Positions 37,652 through 49,559 of a stretch of DNA of 64,000 nt are shown in pieces. The stretch comes from Trichoplax adhaerens (Eukaryota; Animalia; Placozoa): assembly GCF_000150275.1 (NCBI RefSeq), contig NW_002060944.1, positions 9,138,159-9,202,158 on the forward strand, written 5' to 3'. Numbering within the stretch: position 1 is the first letter of the stretch; each line of letters starts with the position of its first letter. The position numbers were made by a program, and so were the translations under genes. A model generated the notes under the pieces. That model ran no database searches. It was not told the origin of the DNA and worked only from the letters and a program-made list of their open reading frames with translations.

Positions 37652-40600
37652 AACGATAGCCAACGATGGAATGGAGAAAGTCGTGCTATGGCAGTATAAT
37701 CTTGTCCACAAGGGGAAGAAACAGGTGGAATACGATAGCAAAGGAAGCGCAAGAATGTCTCTTTGTTGCTGGATTGCAAGCCTACTGTTGTCGTCCCTTT
37801 CCAAGCGCAATCCGTCAGCTACAATAGCGTTCAATCAATCAATTGGAATAAGTTTCTTGCTGGTGTTACTACTACAGGCCAAATCAAGTTGGAAAATGAG
37901 CAAAGAACTTGATGGAGCAGCCAAGTGTTGCAGTGGATACAACTGCAATCAATCAATCGTTGATCAATTTCTTATTTCCTTTTGCTTGCGGTATATTCTT
38001 TTCTGCTCGTCCGTATAATGTCTTCTAGGGGTTTCCACTGCAGTTTTGTACTCGATTGTGAACCAGTACAGGGTACGGACCGGACCGGATCGGGACGGCA
38101 CCGGTACCGTAGTGTGTCGCACGAGTCCCTAGTACTGAACGTTGTCGTCCTATCGACTAGCGAGCGACAACGGTACCGTAGTGTCAAACATCAGTCCGGT
38201 ACGGAATCGTCACGGTGACGTGTGCTGATTGATGGTGACGCAAACAATCGGCTGCGCTAATAGAAATAGCTTAAGGGTAAACGCGATCATACGACAGGAC
38301 CAACGAGTCTGTACTAGACCTGACTGCTGGTCAAGGATGAAAACCTTCTTGATTACTGTACTCAGTACTGTACACTCTGCACTCTAGACTGTACAGTCTA
38401 CAGAACAGTATGTCCGCCATTTTTCGGCGTATAAATTAGCGGACATCAAACACTTTTTCTTTCCTATTTTTATACAAAATATACATCAATCGATACAGGA
38501 AGAGTTCAACCACAACATTTCACCATTCAAATGAACGGAAAACGTCAAACTCCTTCACAATTATTAGTGAAAGTACCAAAAGATTTACAGTACAAAGTAA
38601 AACATGGGTTTTTTAGATCGATACGATCCATTGTCATTGTCAGATGGATTTTAGATGGCTTTCACTCAGTAAGTCAAGTGGAAACGCCAGAAAAAATAGA
38701 AAGCCTGCACTTTTGGGGGGCTCTGGCATCCACTTCCTATTCCACTCTCTCTCCATTTCGGATGGTAGAGTACCTTGAAAAGAAATCGAGAATAAACTGC
38801 CAGGTTCATTTTGTACTTTATGATACTGTACACATACAGTGGCAGAAACGTTGCCATAGTATTCGATAGCAGTAAACCATTATCCCATACAACTGTATCA
38901 CGCTTGACTACTGTACGGGTCAGTATGTTACATCGGAAAGGCTTGCCAGGGAGCGGACAATGTCTGGACGGAAACCGGATGCAATAATCCATATTGCTAT
39001 GTCAACTTCCCATTTCGAACATTCAATGACGAGGTAAATACTTTCCAAAAATGGAGCATTTTGCTGCATGGATACTTGAACTAGCAGTCAATCTTAGAAT
39101 TAAGCTCTTACTATTTCCAATCCATGACTACCAATGATCATGGTGGTACAAGTAGGGGATCAAGTAGGTTGTTTTTTGGCAACGATGATTGAAAATATCG
39201 GCCAAATGCTAACCAAAATGGCCTACCGGAATAATGTACACTACTTATGTAATCTACTATGATAAAGGATGCATTTTTAGAATAATCAAGGACTTTAATT
39301 GACCCTTTTCAATTAAAGGCATGGGTAATTCTACTAATGCTCTATAATTATGGAATGCAATTCAACTCAATTACCATCGTATCGGATGCTCATATAAAGT
39401 AATTTATGCAAAATGGCGAGCGATCATTAGGAGCTACTATAGAGTACATACTGTACGTCAATCCGCGTATGTAAATCACTCAGATAGAGCAGCTAATGCC
39501 AAAATCTCAACACAACGATCAAATAGTTGTCTGTTGAAATAAAATACTGTGGTAGAGGGGCGAGTAGACAAGCTCTGTACCTCACAACTAGCCCAAGCAT
39601 ATGTAGAATCGGAGATGTACTGCATCAGTCCTGCCAAGAGTTGGTAAAAGTCAAAATCATTCATCACCATTCTCACTATACTGTACAGGTATTACAGTGC
39701 ATTTGTGACCTCTACGATTCTGACGGTGATTTTATTGTAGAGTTAAATGCACAGATTGTCAAATGAAGCATGTAGTAACATAGTAGTAACTTACAACAAC
39801 TCGGACAGACACAAAAATCTTATTTTAGATTTCAACCTACAGTTGTGTGGTAATAGATGGCTAGAGAAACCACGCAACACTTGTGTAAAAATTAGAGAGA
39901 TTTATAAATAAATAAATATACTTTATTTCTCGCTTCATATTGCGCAGCCAACGAGCTGTAGCGCTATGGCATACTGTTCATATTTCATAGCATACCAAAG
40001 GATGATAAACATATGGTAACCGTCAGCTTAAAAAGCACTTCTGGGAATAAGTATCAGTAGAATAGAGCAATGGAATGCCAGTATTCGTGATGCATTTCTA
40101 CTCTTATAGTCACGCCAGATCGATCGCGCTAGACAACCAAGGAATAGTGACTGTATTCGTACATTTTGTAATTTTTCCATTATTAATACTGTACAAGAGA
40201 AATGTATTTTTCTCTCTACTGTACTGAACATAATTTTAAGACTATAAATGACACGAGCTTATATGCATAATAAGAATAAATCAAAACCTAGCTTAAAAGA
40301 TGAAAAAGCAAGAAAGAAGGAGCAACTATCGTATTTCATATGATACAAGAATCATCATTTTTAACGACGAGAAGGAATATACGCGTATAGTCACTGAGCT
40401 ACGCAAGAAATACTTGGCAATATGATTCATTTATCATCATCTTTTATTGAATAGCATCCACAGTGAATTAACTGTATGATCATGAAACGCCAATTTATCC
40501 TACTAACATTGGTTATTAGCATAAATTTAGGCTCGAATTGAGTGCAAATATAAGGAATTTAGTTATTGCAAGAAATTGTTCGAAATTGGCATAAAGTTAA

Positions 40601-41246
40601 TTAGTCTTAATTTGTAGCAATAATTTCATACTTGCACGAGATCAAATGGAACGGTATTTTTATACTGTATTTCTATAGCAAATTGAAATATAATAATAAT
40701 ATTAAATCATTCGAGGGTGATACAAATACTTTGCATACCAGGGTTTCCTTTCGTAACTATTTCGTAGTACATTGACTACTTCCGGTATTAAGAAAAGATT
40801 ATAAAAATGATTGATGAAAGGGAAAAAAAAATTACTATCTTAGCAAAGCCAATAAAGAAATGTAAACCATTTAATTATAATAGTTAAGTACGCGCTGAAT
40901 GAGGCGTAACTTAAAAATTCTTGGAGTGAATAATAGCAGGCATTTATCAATATTGCCAAGTTACCACCAGAAAGAGATCCGGTGCGATATCATTTCTAAT
41001 TAAATTCATTTGAGCATCAGATGTCCTTAAAACAGTTGCAGTACGAGTAACTCTGGAAAGAATACTATATTGACCATCATGGCATTATAGGATAAAGCAA
41101 CAACAGTACTTATTTTCCTAGACGTAAAAAGGGATTCAATTTCTTGCATGTCAACATTATATATATATCAAATACGTCAAGAGTGTTATATATCTGCGAC
41201 TGTAACATTACATTAATATTAAGTGTATTGGTGCTAATTTAAAAAG

Positions 41247-44200
41247 CTACACAGACCAACAAGTTCGTGAAAATCCTTCCACTAGATAAAAAAGCAGAAT
41301 AAAATATTATAACGCTACCTAAGCATCATTTGATGACGATCACGCAAGTAAGAGTTCATTTCTACATATATTAGCGGTGATAAATACTTATCGCATACCT
41401 AAATAGCCAAGTAATGCCTTAGCCTGTTGAAAAATAATAATGATTGAATAAATATTAACATGGTTCTTTACTAATCTTTCGAAAATATTGAAAAATTTAG
41501 CTTATATCATGATACAAGTCAAATCCACGTATAGAGTTTTGACTAGATTATTTACCATTTCTTCAGATACGGCTTTAAATACATGGCAAGTAAAATTTTT
41601 TGATATGGTACATGTTGTGTCTCTGTCAGTGTATATACGTATACATCAAGTTAAGGGCATAAAAATGAAGTTAGTTAAACAAAAATGTTGCACCATTTAC
41701 CCAGCAATAAACGCAAAGAGGCCCGGATGGTACGTTAGTCGACCACATGATGAAATCTCCGTATAAGAAAAGCGCAGGACAGGCTTAAAAATTGTAAAGT
41801 GAAAAGCTTTATCACTTACTTTATATTGCACAATAAACAAGTTTCCTGCAAATATATCTGTTGCATTATTTCAACTTATACGAGATGCTTCGTAACGTTA
41901 GATTAACTTCAATGGCTTAAAAATAAATAAAAACTATAATACTTACCTCATTGCTGGATTTACTTCTTGCTGTTAGATATCCTTCATTAAGTTCAATTGA
42001 AACCGGCTGTCAATGGAAAAGAATAATAGCTTGTAGATAGATTACTGATATAATATTTGCATGATGGTAATAATCACCACGCTCTACTCATAAGATCGAT
42101 CTGCAATGGCTTTGGCTGGGCTAATTAAACAACTTAAGATTATTTATAAAAGCCTACCGTATCTGGTTTCTGTTGATTGATTACTTCCTTAATTCCTTCT
42201 TCAATATAGGCCTTATCACCTTTATTCCCCATATTTGTACTTCCTACATAGACGACTGAGAAAAGATTGCCATCATCCGGAGCTTGTACTGGTGTTTCAT
42301 CTAAGCTAGGTAACGGGCAACATTCACCATTTGCATCTGGTATTTGCTGAGATTTGGATTTAGGAATCTCTTGGCCGACAACCAAATTATCGCTTTTGAA
42401 AATTTGATCTAGTCGACGAGTGATTGGATCAAAGGGCATTCCATTGGATAAATTTTTCTGTTGATATAATAACCAATAATCTTTAATATCATCAACCATA
42501 AAACTTTTATCTACTATCCAGACGATATTAGTATTAAAATTAAAATAATCGGGCTATTACTAATTTGGTCTTCGAGGCGAGAAATTCACTTACTATAATA
42601 TATCTACAAGCAGAAAATTGCAGTAAATAGTATAGCGTTTTACAATTAGTAATTTTACTACCAACCTTGATAATAAGAATTGGAATACTTTGATCTTGAT
42701 ACTTTCGTAGAATTGAATTAATCTGAAATAGTATACAACTATTTTGATAAGTATGTTTGCTTCATTCCAGTTGATACCATTTAATCCTACTTGTTTCTAT
42801 TTAGTAAATGTAATAGCTACTTGCCGTTCCAACTCTGACCATATAAAGGCTTTCACCGAAAACTTGATCTAATATATCTCCGGGTTCTATACCGGTGTCA
42901 GATGCTGGTGATTGCGGCTGAATTTTAACTACAACAGCACGGTTATCTATATGTCTAAAATATAATCCATAAAAGAAATTTCATAAGATACCTTTGTGAT
43001 CAAATAAACATGAATACAAAGTATTTTAACAACGGCAAATCTAAAGTTCATGATCTAGCATGTAATGTAATATCACAATAATTATTGCTTGTAGACGATA
43101 GAAATTTTTGGTTAGTGGAGGGTTATAATTATTCATAAATAAATATTTGATGACGACGTATTCCATGAGTAACTACAAGTGCTTTAATTACCTGACTAAA
43201 ATTCCGATATCGGTAGAGTAAGGCAATTGAACTAATTTTTGCACCTATGTGAAAAAACAGATATTTTTAAATCTTATTTAAAATTATTCTTTTAGCTAAT
43301 AAAATTGTAGGATACTGACAAATCAAGATATAAATGTTAACTGTCTGTTATCACAATAAGCACTAATTTTTTGCTAAAATATGTCTTATATTTACAGGAA
43401 TTATCCAACTTTCATCCAGGAAGCTAACATTCTAAAATGAGAGTGATAATTAACACGCATTACGTATTATCTAAATAACAACTGAATTCAAAATGATCAA
43501 ATATAGTAAATTTGACTTACAGCTAGTGTGAGATCAAACGTCATGTCAGATACTTGATTCAGTATGTCTAATAAATTTTCTAAATAGAATAATATTCTCC
43601 TTTAATTATTCATATCTAGTAGGGATACCACTTACTACTGACAGATATAGCAGTGCCTCGTAATAATGATATGGTTCAAATTATAGTCATGCAGAAAGAA
43701 GAAATCTATTGTAACTGCAGTGCTTACGTCTAACTGAATGGGATAAAAGGATTGAATCAGGTTCATACCACTGAAAGTAAAAATTAATCAAAGTTAACAT
43801 TTTCATTGAAAGATTTCAGAAGAAGAGAATGTAAGTGATGGTGTTTTGTACAACTAGATATTTGTTAGAACAAATCACCAATTTTGCCTACCGATGTTAC
43901 AAGAGTACTATCCGCTATAGTCTGGACAACATTAGCTAGTAATCCTTTCGTCAGTGCTAAACGAATGAAAGCTCGACCGCGACCTTGATAAGTTTTTAAC
44001 TAAGTATAGAATTATAAAATGTGTGAAATGTTCGTTCAACAAATTGAGATTATGATTTATGGATTAATACTGGTTAATTCTAAAACAGTATTCTAAAATT
44101 GAGTTTTCTATTCTTAGAGCGATATTACTGCCAAGTATGATCTTAATATAAAAAATTGATTATAGTATAGCGGTCTGTAGAATAATTTAAGTCTCTTTTA

Positions 44201-45251
44201 AAAAGATTGTTGTAATCAATTTTCATGTACTTACCTTATTGCACCTTTTTATACGTTCAGTAATGTCATCAAAAAACTTTGATAAACTAAGTCATGAGAT
44301 AAATCAGAGCTTAAAACAATATCATTAAAAAACTTGATAAACTGCTTTATGAAAGAAATCAGAGTACAGTTGTACATTAGATTATTTACTCTTAAAAATT
44401 ACTAACATAGCTGGTAAACAAAACTGTTGTACTACTTACTGTCGACTGTTACAATGCTTGGATAAAGTTAAAAATAATTGCCATATTTCAAGTTTGCTAA
44501 CGCCAAATAAGGATCGACGTGATGCTACATTAAAGATTGAAATGAGTTAGATATATTCAATATTTACTGTGCCTATACATGTATAACATAACTGAAATTT
44601 TAAAATCTGATCTAACTTGTCATAACCAGTGATAAACAAACAATGAAACTCTGCCTCATTATGGGGCATCTCAGTTCGTAGACAAACAAACTAATCATTA
44701 CTACCACATTTAAAAAAGTATGGGTCTAGAATAATTTTACGTACATTATTGTAGATGGCAGAGTTTTGATATTATCGTTTGCAATCTTTATGAGTAAACC
44801 ATTAGTGACTGAAATAGACTACCTGGCTAACTATCATATGCAGTATATAGCAGAACTAAGCCTAACTTAAAATTGCTAAATACCGCATGTACAATCGTAA
44901 CTATACAACATGTTATATCACTGGTTGGTATTCAATCGCTATGTATAAATCATAGCACAAATAAGCAGATAAATAATAGAATTACAGTCAACAAGCAAAA
45001 ATTGCCATACTACCTTTAAGTCGACAAAGCAGAACTTCTTCAAGGCGGTTACAAAATAGGGGAAGGTGTCCATTTTGATCGGTAATGATTACACTACTTT
45101 TATCTTCACTTTCCCACGATCGACATAATTCTCGCCATGAAGCTAAATTACGAAGAGAATAAGAATTATTATTACATTCCGGCAAACAAAGATGTGATTG
45201 CTGTCCACATTTACGTCGTCTAGGAGATTCTAAGAGTACATCGGTTTCCAT
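41247..45251 (-). CDS. Uncharacterised RUN-PDZ-PTB domain adaptor protein, many exons
   Basis: RUN: FCNRLEEVLLCRLK, GRGRAFIRLAL, WYEPDSILL, MTFDL. PDZ: DIGILVR..RAVVVKIQPQSPASDTGIEPGDILDQVFGE. PTB: FSVVYVGS, YTEISSCGR, LFAFIAG, FTCHVFKA. Ends GFSRTCWSV-stop. Confidence 0.85.
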
Positions 45252-48200
45252 TTGAATACAAACATTTTACACTTTGCATGAAAAAACAGTTGAAGAACGG
45301 TAAACTTCATTGCGGGCTGATAATGTCATGTACAGCTTAATGAAAAAAACGATTCATGGCTGATTGCTGATCCGATACATCGCCTGCTGATGTTTACGAT
45401 ATAGTAGACATAATTCTTATCACGGCCATATCAATAGAGCGTACGTATACGAATTTACTAATCGTTGGCAAAATAACCTACAATTTTATAGACTATCGTT
45501 TCAGGAAGGGTAAAGATTGCTTATGCATGATCACATACCGCTTAATATAGTAATCAAATATACTGTAAACGTAGTGGCATAACTGCGAAACCCGGAGGCA
45601 AAGATATAGAGTGCCGTTATGATTTGTTGACGATACCGTCTTGATTGAAATTGTTGTTGAAAGTCTCAACAGAGAAACATCACTGATGAAGAGAGTGAAA
45701 TTTATTGCCGCTGTGGATCCTACTGTACGTTTGATTCATTGGAATGGGTCCTAACTCCATCATCTTGATCAGAGGAAGTTACTACTACGGGTCTTCTTTT
45801 AGTAGTCCATGCTACTACGTATAGTTCTACCTGAGTTTGGATTGCTGCTCGCTGCTGGACATTAACTTTTCCCGTAGGAACAGACTTCAAATAGAAAGTG
45901 TCAATTGTAACTACTGTAATCCTATCGTCATTGACGCTATCAATTCTTAACATTACAACTTTGTAATTAGGAATTGCAATTGTTACAAAGTTCCTTGCTT
46001 GGTTAATCTGGCACAGGATGATGACATAACATCATCGAAAACTACTATGGATCAGTCTACAATTGGAACTGTATTACAGTTGGAAGAGAAGTCTTCCACT
46101 CAAATCTGAGCGCTTACGCTTGATGATTATGGATCAAGAAATGAATCGTTGCTTTCCAATAGAAACAGTTTTCTAACTTGTGTTCATGGTATCATCAACA
46201 GAATTAAAATAAATAACGTTGCTATCAAGTCAATATACTGGTAATTTAGACAAGATACATGTATTATTCTATTGAGATCTTGAATGCTTAGTCAATTCAA
46301 TTTTTTGATTGTCTAAATTCAATTTAGGATATTGTCACGCGAACCTTGACGAGAGCTTTAGCTGCTGAAGCAATGGATGCCAAGTAGAAAACACCTAAGA
46401 TAGGTAGATTGTACTCGCAATCGATACAACTATAAGATACGCCTAGATCAATATTTTACTCGTCTGCATTTTATCTTTTTAATTAATCAATACACGTATT
46501 GGCGGTATTGCCGATTGATTGATTATACGAGTAATTACTACATTTCCCTTTAGCCATTAATATCCAATTATACAGGAGACAATGCTGATATTGCTAGGCT
46601 TTATAGCGAGATAGTGTTCACATTTCAGAGTTTAGGATAACTTTTTTTGTATGATAGAAAATCTTGAGCTATGAAATTGTAGGAGAATGGGTCAATTTCA
46701 ATCTCCAATCACTGAACAATATTCCGCAAGCTTTCATGAATTATTTTGATTATACGGGTATACGAATATTGCACTTGTATACGTATTTGCTAATTATAAT
46801 GATCCTAATGAAAGTGATTGAAGTAATACAAACAACAGCCAAATCAGGTTGAAAGTCACAAAATGGAGGCAATATTATTCCATCTAGTCTATTTTTTTTA
46901 TAGCCATGAACATTATTTAAAGGTGGCTGTTCCCTTTTTAAGCGCTTTGTATCATAGTAGAATCAGAGACTCTTAAGTTAAAACCCTCCTATTCCACTTT
47001 CCAATTTTAAAGGGAAATTGAGATGAGGGCGGTGTAGCAGTATCGGCTGAGTTTGTATCATTTTGGCAAGTGGAAAAGGGTGTAGTAGTCTCTAGTAAAA
47101 TGTATAGTATTTGTAAAAGCAAGCAAATTTATTTAGCATTAGAGATGATGATGCGATAAGATAAAATTATTAAAAATTTTATTATCTATTTATTGATTTT
47201 TGACCTTTTGATCTTGGGGAAAGTTGTTACGATTACACTTAACGCACTACGGCATTGTTGACTGTATTTTTAAGTCGATTTATGATCGAATAATCCATGC
47301 AGGAGACGGATTCAATAAGGTCAATTTAGGTCTACATTGAGGATCTCCATCGATCTCCAGTAGATCCAATTATCATCCTACGATGGAATGATTGATGAGA
47401 TATGGAAAAATGGCGAGGATCGACGGCTGAAAGTGAGTAACTTATCGCGATGTTACTGTTGCCTTCATAGACAGCGGGTGATCAGCAAGACATTTTTTAG
47501 GCCTGCACCGCATATTCTTGAACTCGCTTCAAGGGGGACTCAAGTCTATCGATCGTATCCGATCGCCTTTCAACTTTGGCCCCAATGAAGGATCAACATG
47601 GCCGATGATTATCGCCACGATCGGCCTGTGCAAACACGAGCTAAATAATAAATTAACACCTACCTTCGAAACGGCTAACAATATTGATCGGTGTACCCAT
47701 AACAATCCTTAAGTCGAGCTACAACAATCTGCTAGTAAATTCCAATCAATCACCATGACTTGCTATCATCACGATGGAGGAAATCATGCCAACTTTTATG
47801 CATATCGTTGGACTAGTATTGCCGTAGCATGAAAACTACCTATTATCGCTATCATCGATACTGCCTACGGTAGCTGTTGATATGATTCGATGACAAATAA
47901 TCAATCACGAATAGCAATCAGGCCCAGTGGCTTAGCCATATGTTTAGTTAATGACGAAATCTTCGTGGGTAATCATTTTGCCTTGTCCTAGTTGTCGTCT
48001 ACTAACTGAAACTGCAGCGACGATTACATGGTGTAGACTGCGATTCGGAGTGAATGGTTCTGTAGTGAGATGCGAAATAATCATCGCATTGACGTTGTAT
48101 TCAAAATTCTTATTCTTCATCGCTCTATATGGAGTCTACTAGTACAAGCTACTGACACAAACACTGTATAGTCGAGGCAGTCTGTATTTATTGCTGGCTG

Positions 48201-48628
48201 CATCTTTGTAGATCGATTTGTGCTGCTTACAGGATAAAATGGACTCGAATTGGGAAAGGCTTCTTGATGAACAACAAGTGGGAAAATTAGTGAATATACA
48301 GCATAATTAATCTCAAGTTAACTTCTCGTTGGACGACATTGCAGCAACTGGTTCACGATGCCATGGACAACTGGACCTGCCACTGTCCTCGGATGGACGG
48401 ACTTTTCATACCAGAGAAGGCTAAAAATGTGGAAAAATAGTTACTCAGTACAGATCTTTCGTCTTTGTTTTCTAAATCACTCGTATTAATTTGAATAACA
48501 TTCATGATCTGATTGAACTGCTTCTAAGCAGAACTTAGTAGCAGGCAATGGAATGCATTGGAATATTACTTCATTTAGAAAAAATCAGTCCATTCAAAAT
48601 CGACTATCTGCCTATTTGTCATAAAGGA

Positions 48629-49084
48629 GTGTTTGCCATAATTGATCGACCGAAGTAGGCCAAGTGTCTGTCCGTCCAAAGGAGTTCCAGGTATTTTTCT
48701 AGTAGTCTATATAACTACGCCAACTTGGTAGCAAGTACTCCATATGTTCCTGGAGTTAGAAGGACGGTATAGTCTTCTAGTCACGGTTAGAACAGTACCC
48801 TATACAATGGAACTTACTAATCGTACATGCGCATACTGAATGATTGAAGTGTTTGCCACAATTTATCGACCCAAGTAGGCCAAGTGTCTGTCCGTCCAGA
48901 GGAGTTTCCAGGTATTTCAATACCTTTATGATCTATATCACATACAGTATACTATGACGACGCCAACTTGGTAGCAAGTACTCTATGTGTTCCTGGAGTT
49001 ACAACGACAGTATAGTCTTTTAGTCACGGTTAGAACAGTACCCTATACAATGAAGCTTACTAAATCGTACATGCGCATACTGAA
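48629..49084. repeat. Two tandem copies of a ~220-240 bp unit upstream of ELAC2
   Basis: GTAGGCCAAGTGTCTGTCCGTCCA (core at 48666 and 48886), ACGCCAACTTGGTAGCAAGTACTC and TAGTCACGGTTAGAACAGTACCCTATACAATG are each duplicated. Confidence 0.95.
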
Positions 49085-49559
49085 GGATTCTATGAATACA
49101 GTACTTGTACTGTAGAGTACAGTGTACAGTACAGACCTTTAGAGTCTCTAGTGTGCAATATGCTGTAGTGCTGGTTGATACGGTTGGAAAGTTCCAACCA
49201 TAATTCCTATACAAACCCTAGTAAAGATTTCGCGACTTTTCTACAGTAATATGCGGCGTTATGCGCACGAGCAATGCCCATAAACTCATTCCACGGTCTC
49301 TAGTCTCCACCAGCTGTACTGATTCATTGATTGAGGCGTTGAGAGGTGACCTGACCTAAGCAAAATGGCGATTGCCATGGTAGCACTAACTTGAGACTGC
49401 AGAGAAATCAACTCTCATGTTGTTGCAATTTCAACACAGCGTTTACCTACTTCATTGATGGTCCATTAAATCCTTCAAAGTGAAGCCATTTCTCTCCAAC
49501 TCTAGGCAAGGCATTTCAGTGGTGTCACAAGATTGCACTAGTAGCTCATCTTTTCTTCA

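Noticed and set aside
47340-47720. GC-richer segment with short hairpins (GGCCGAT/ATCGGCC)
   Set aside because: No recognisable tRNA, snRNA, SRP or RNase P motifs; stems are short enough to arise by chance.
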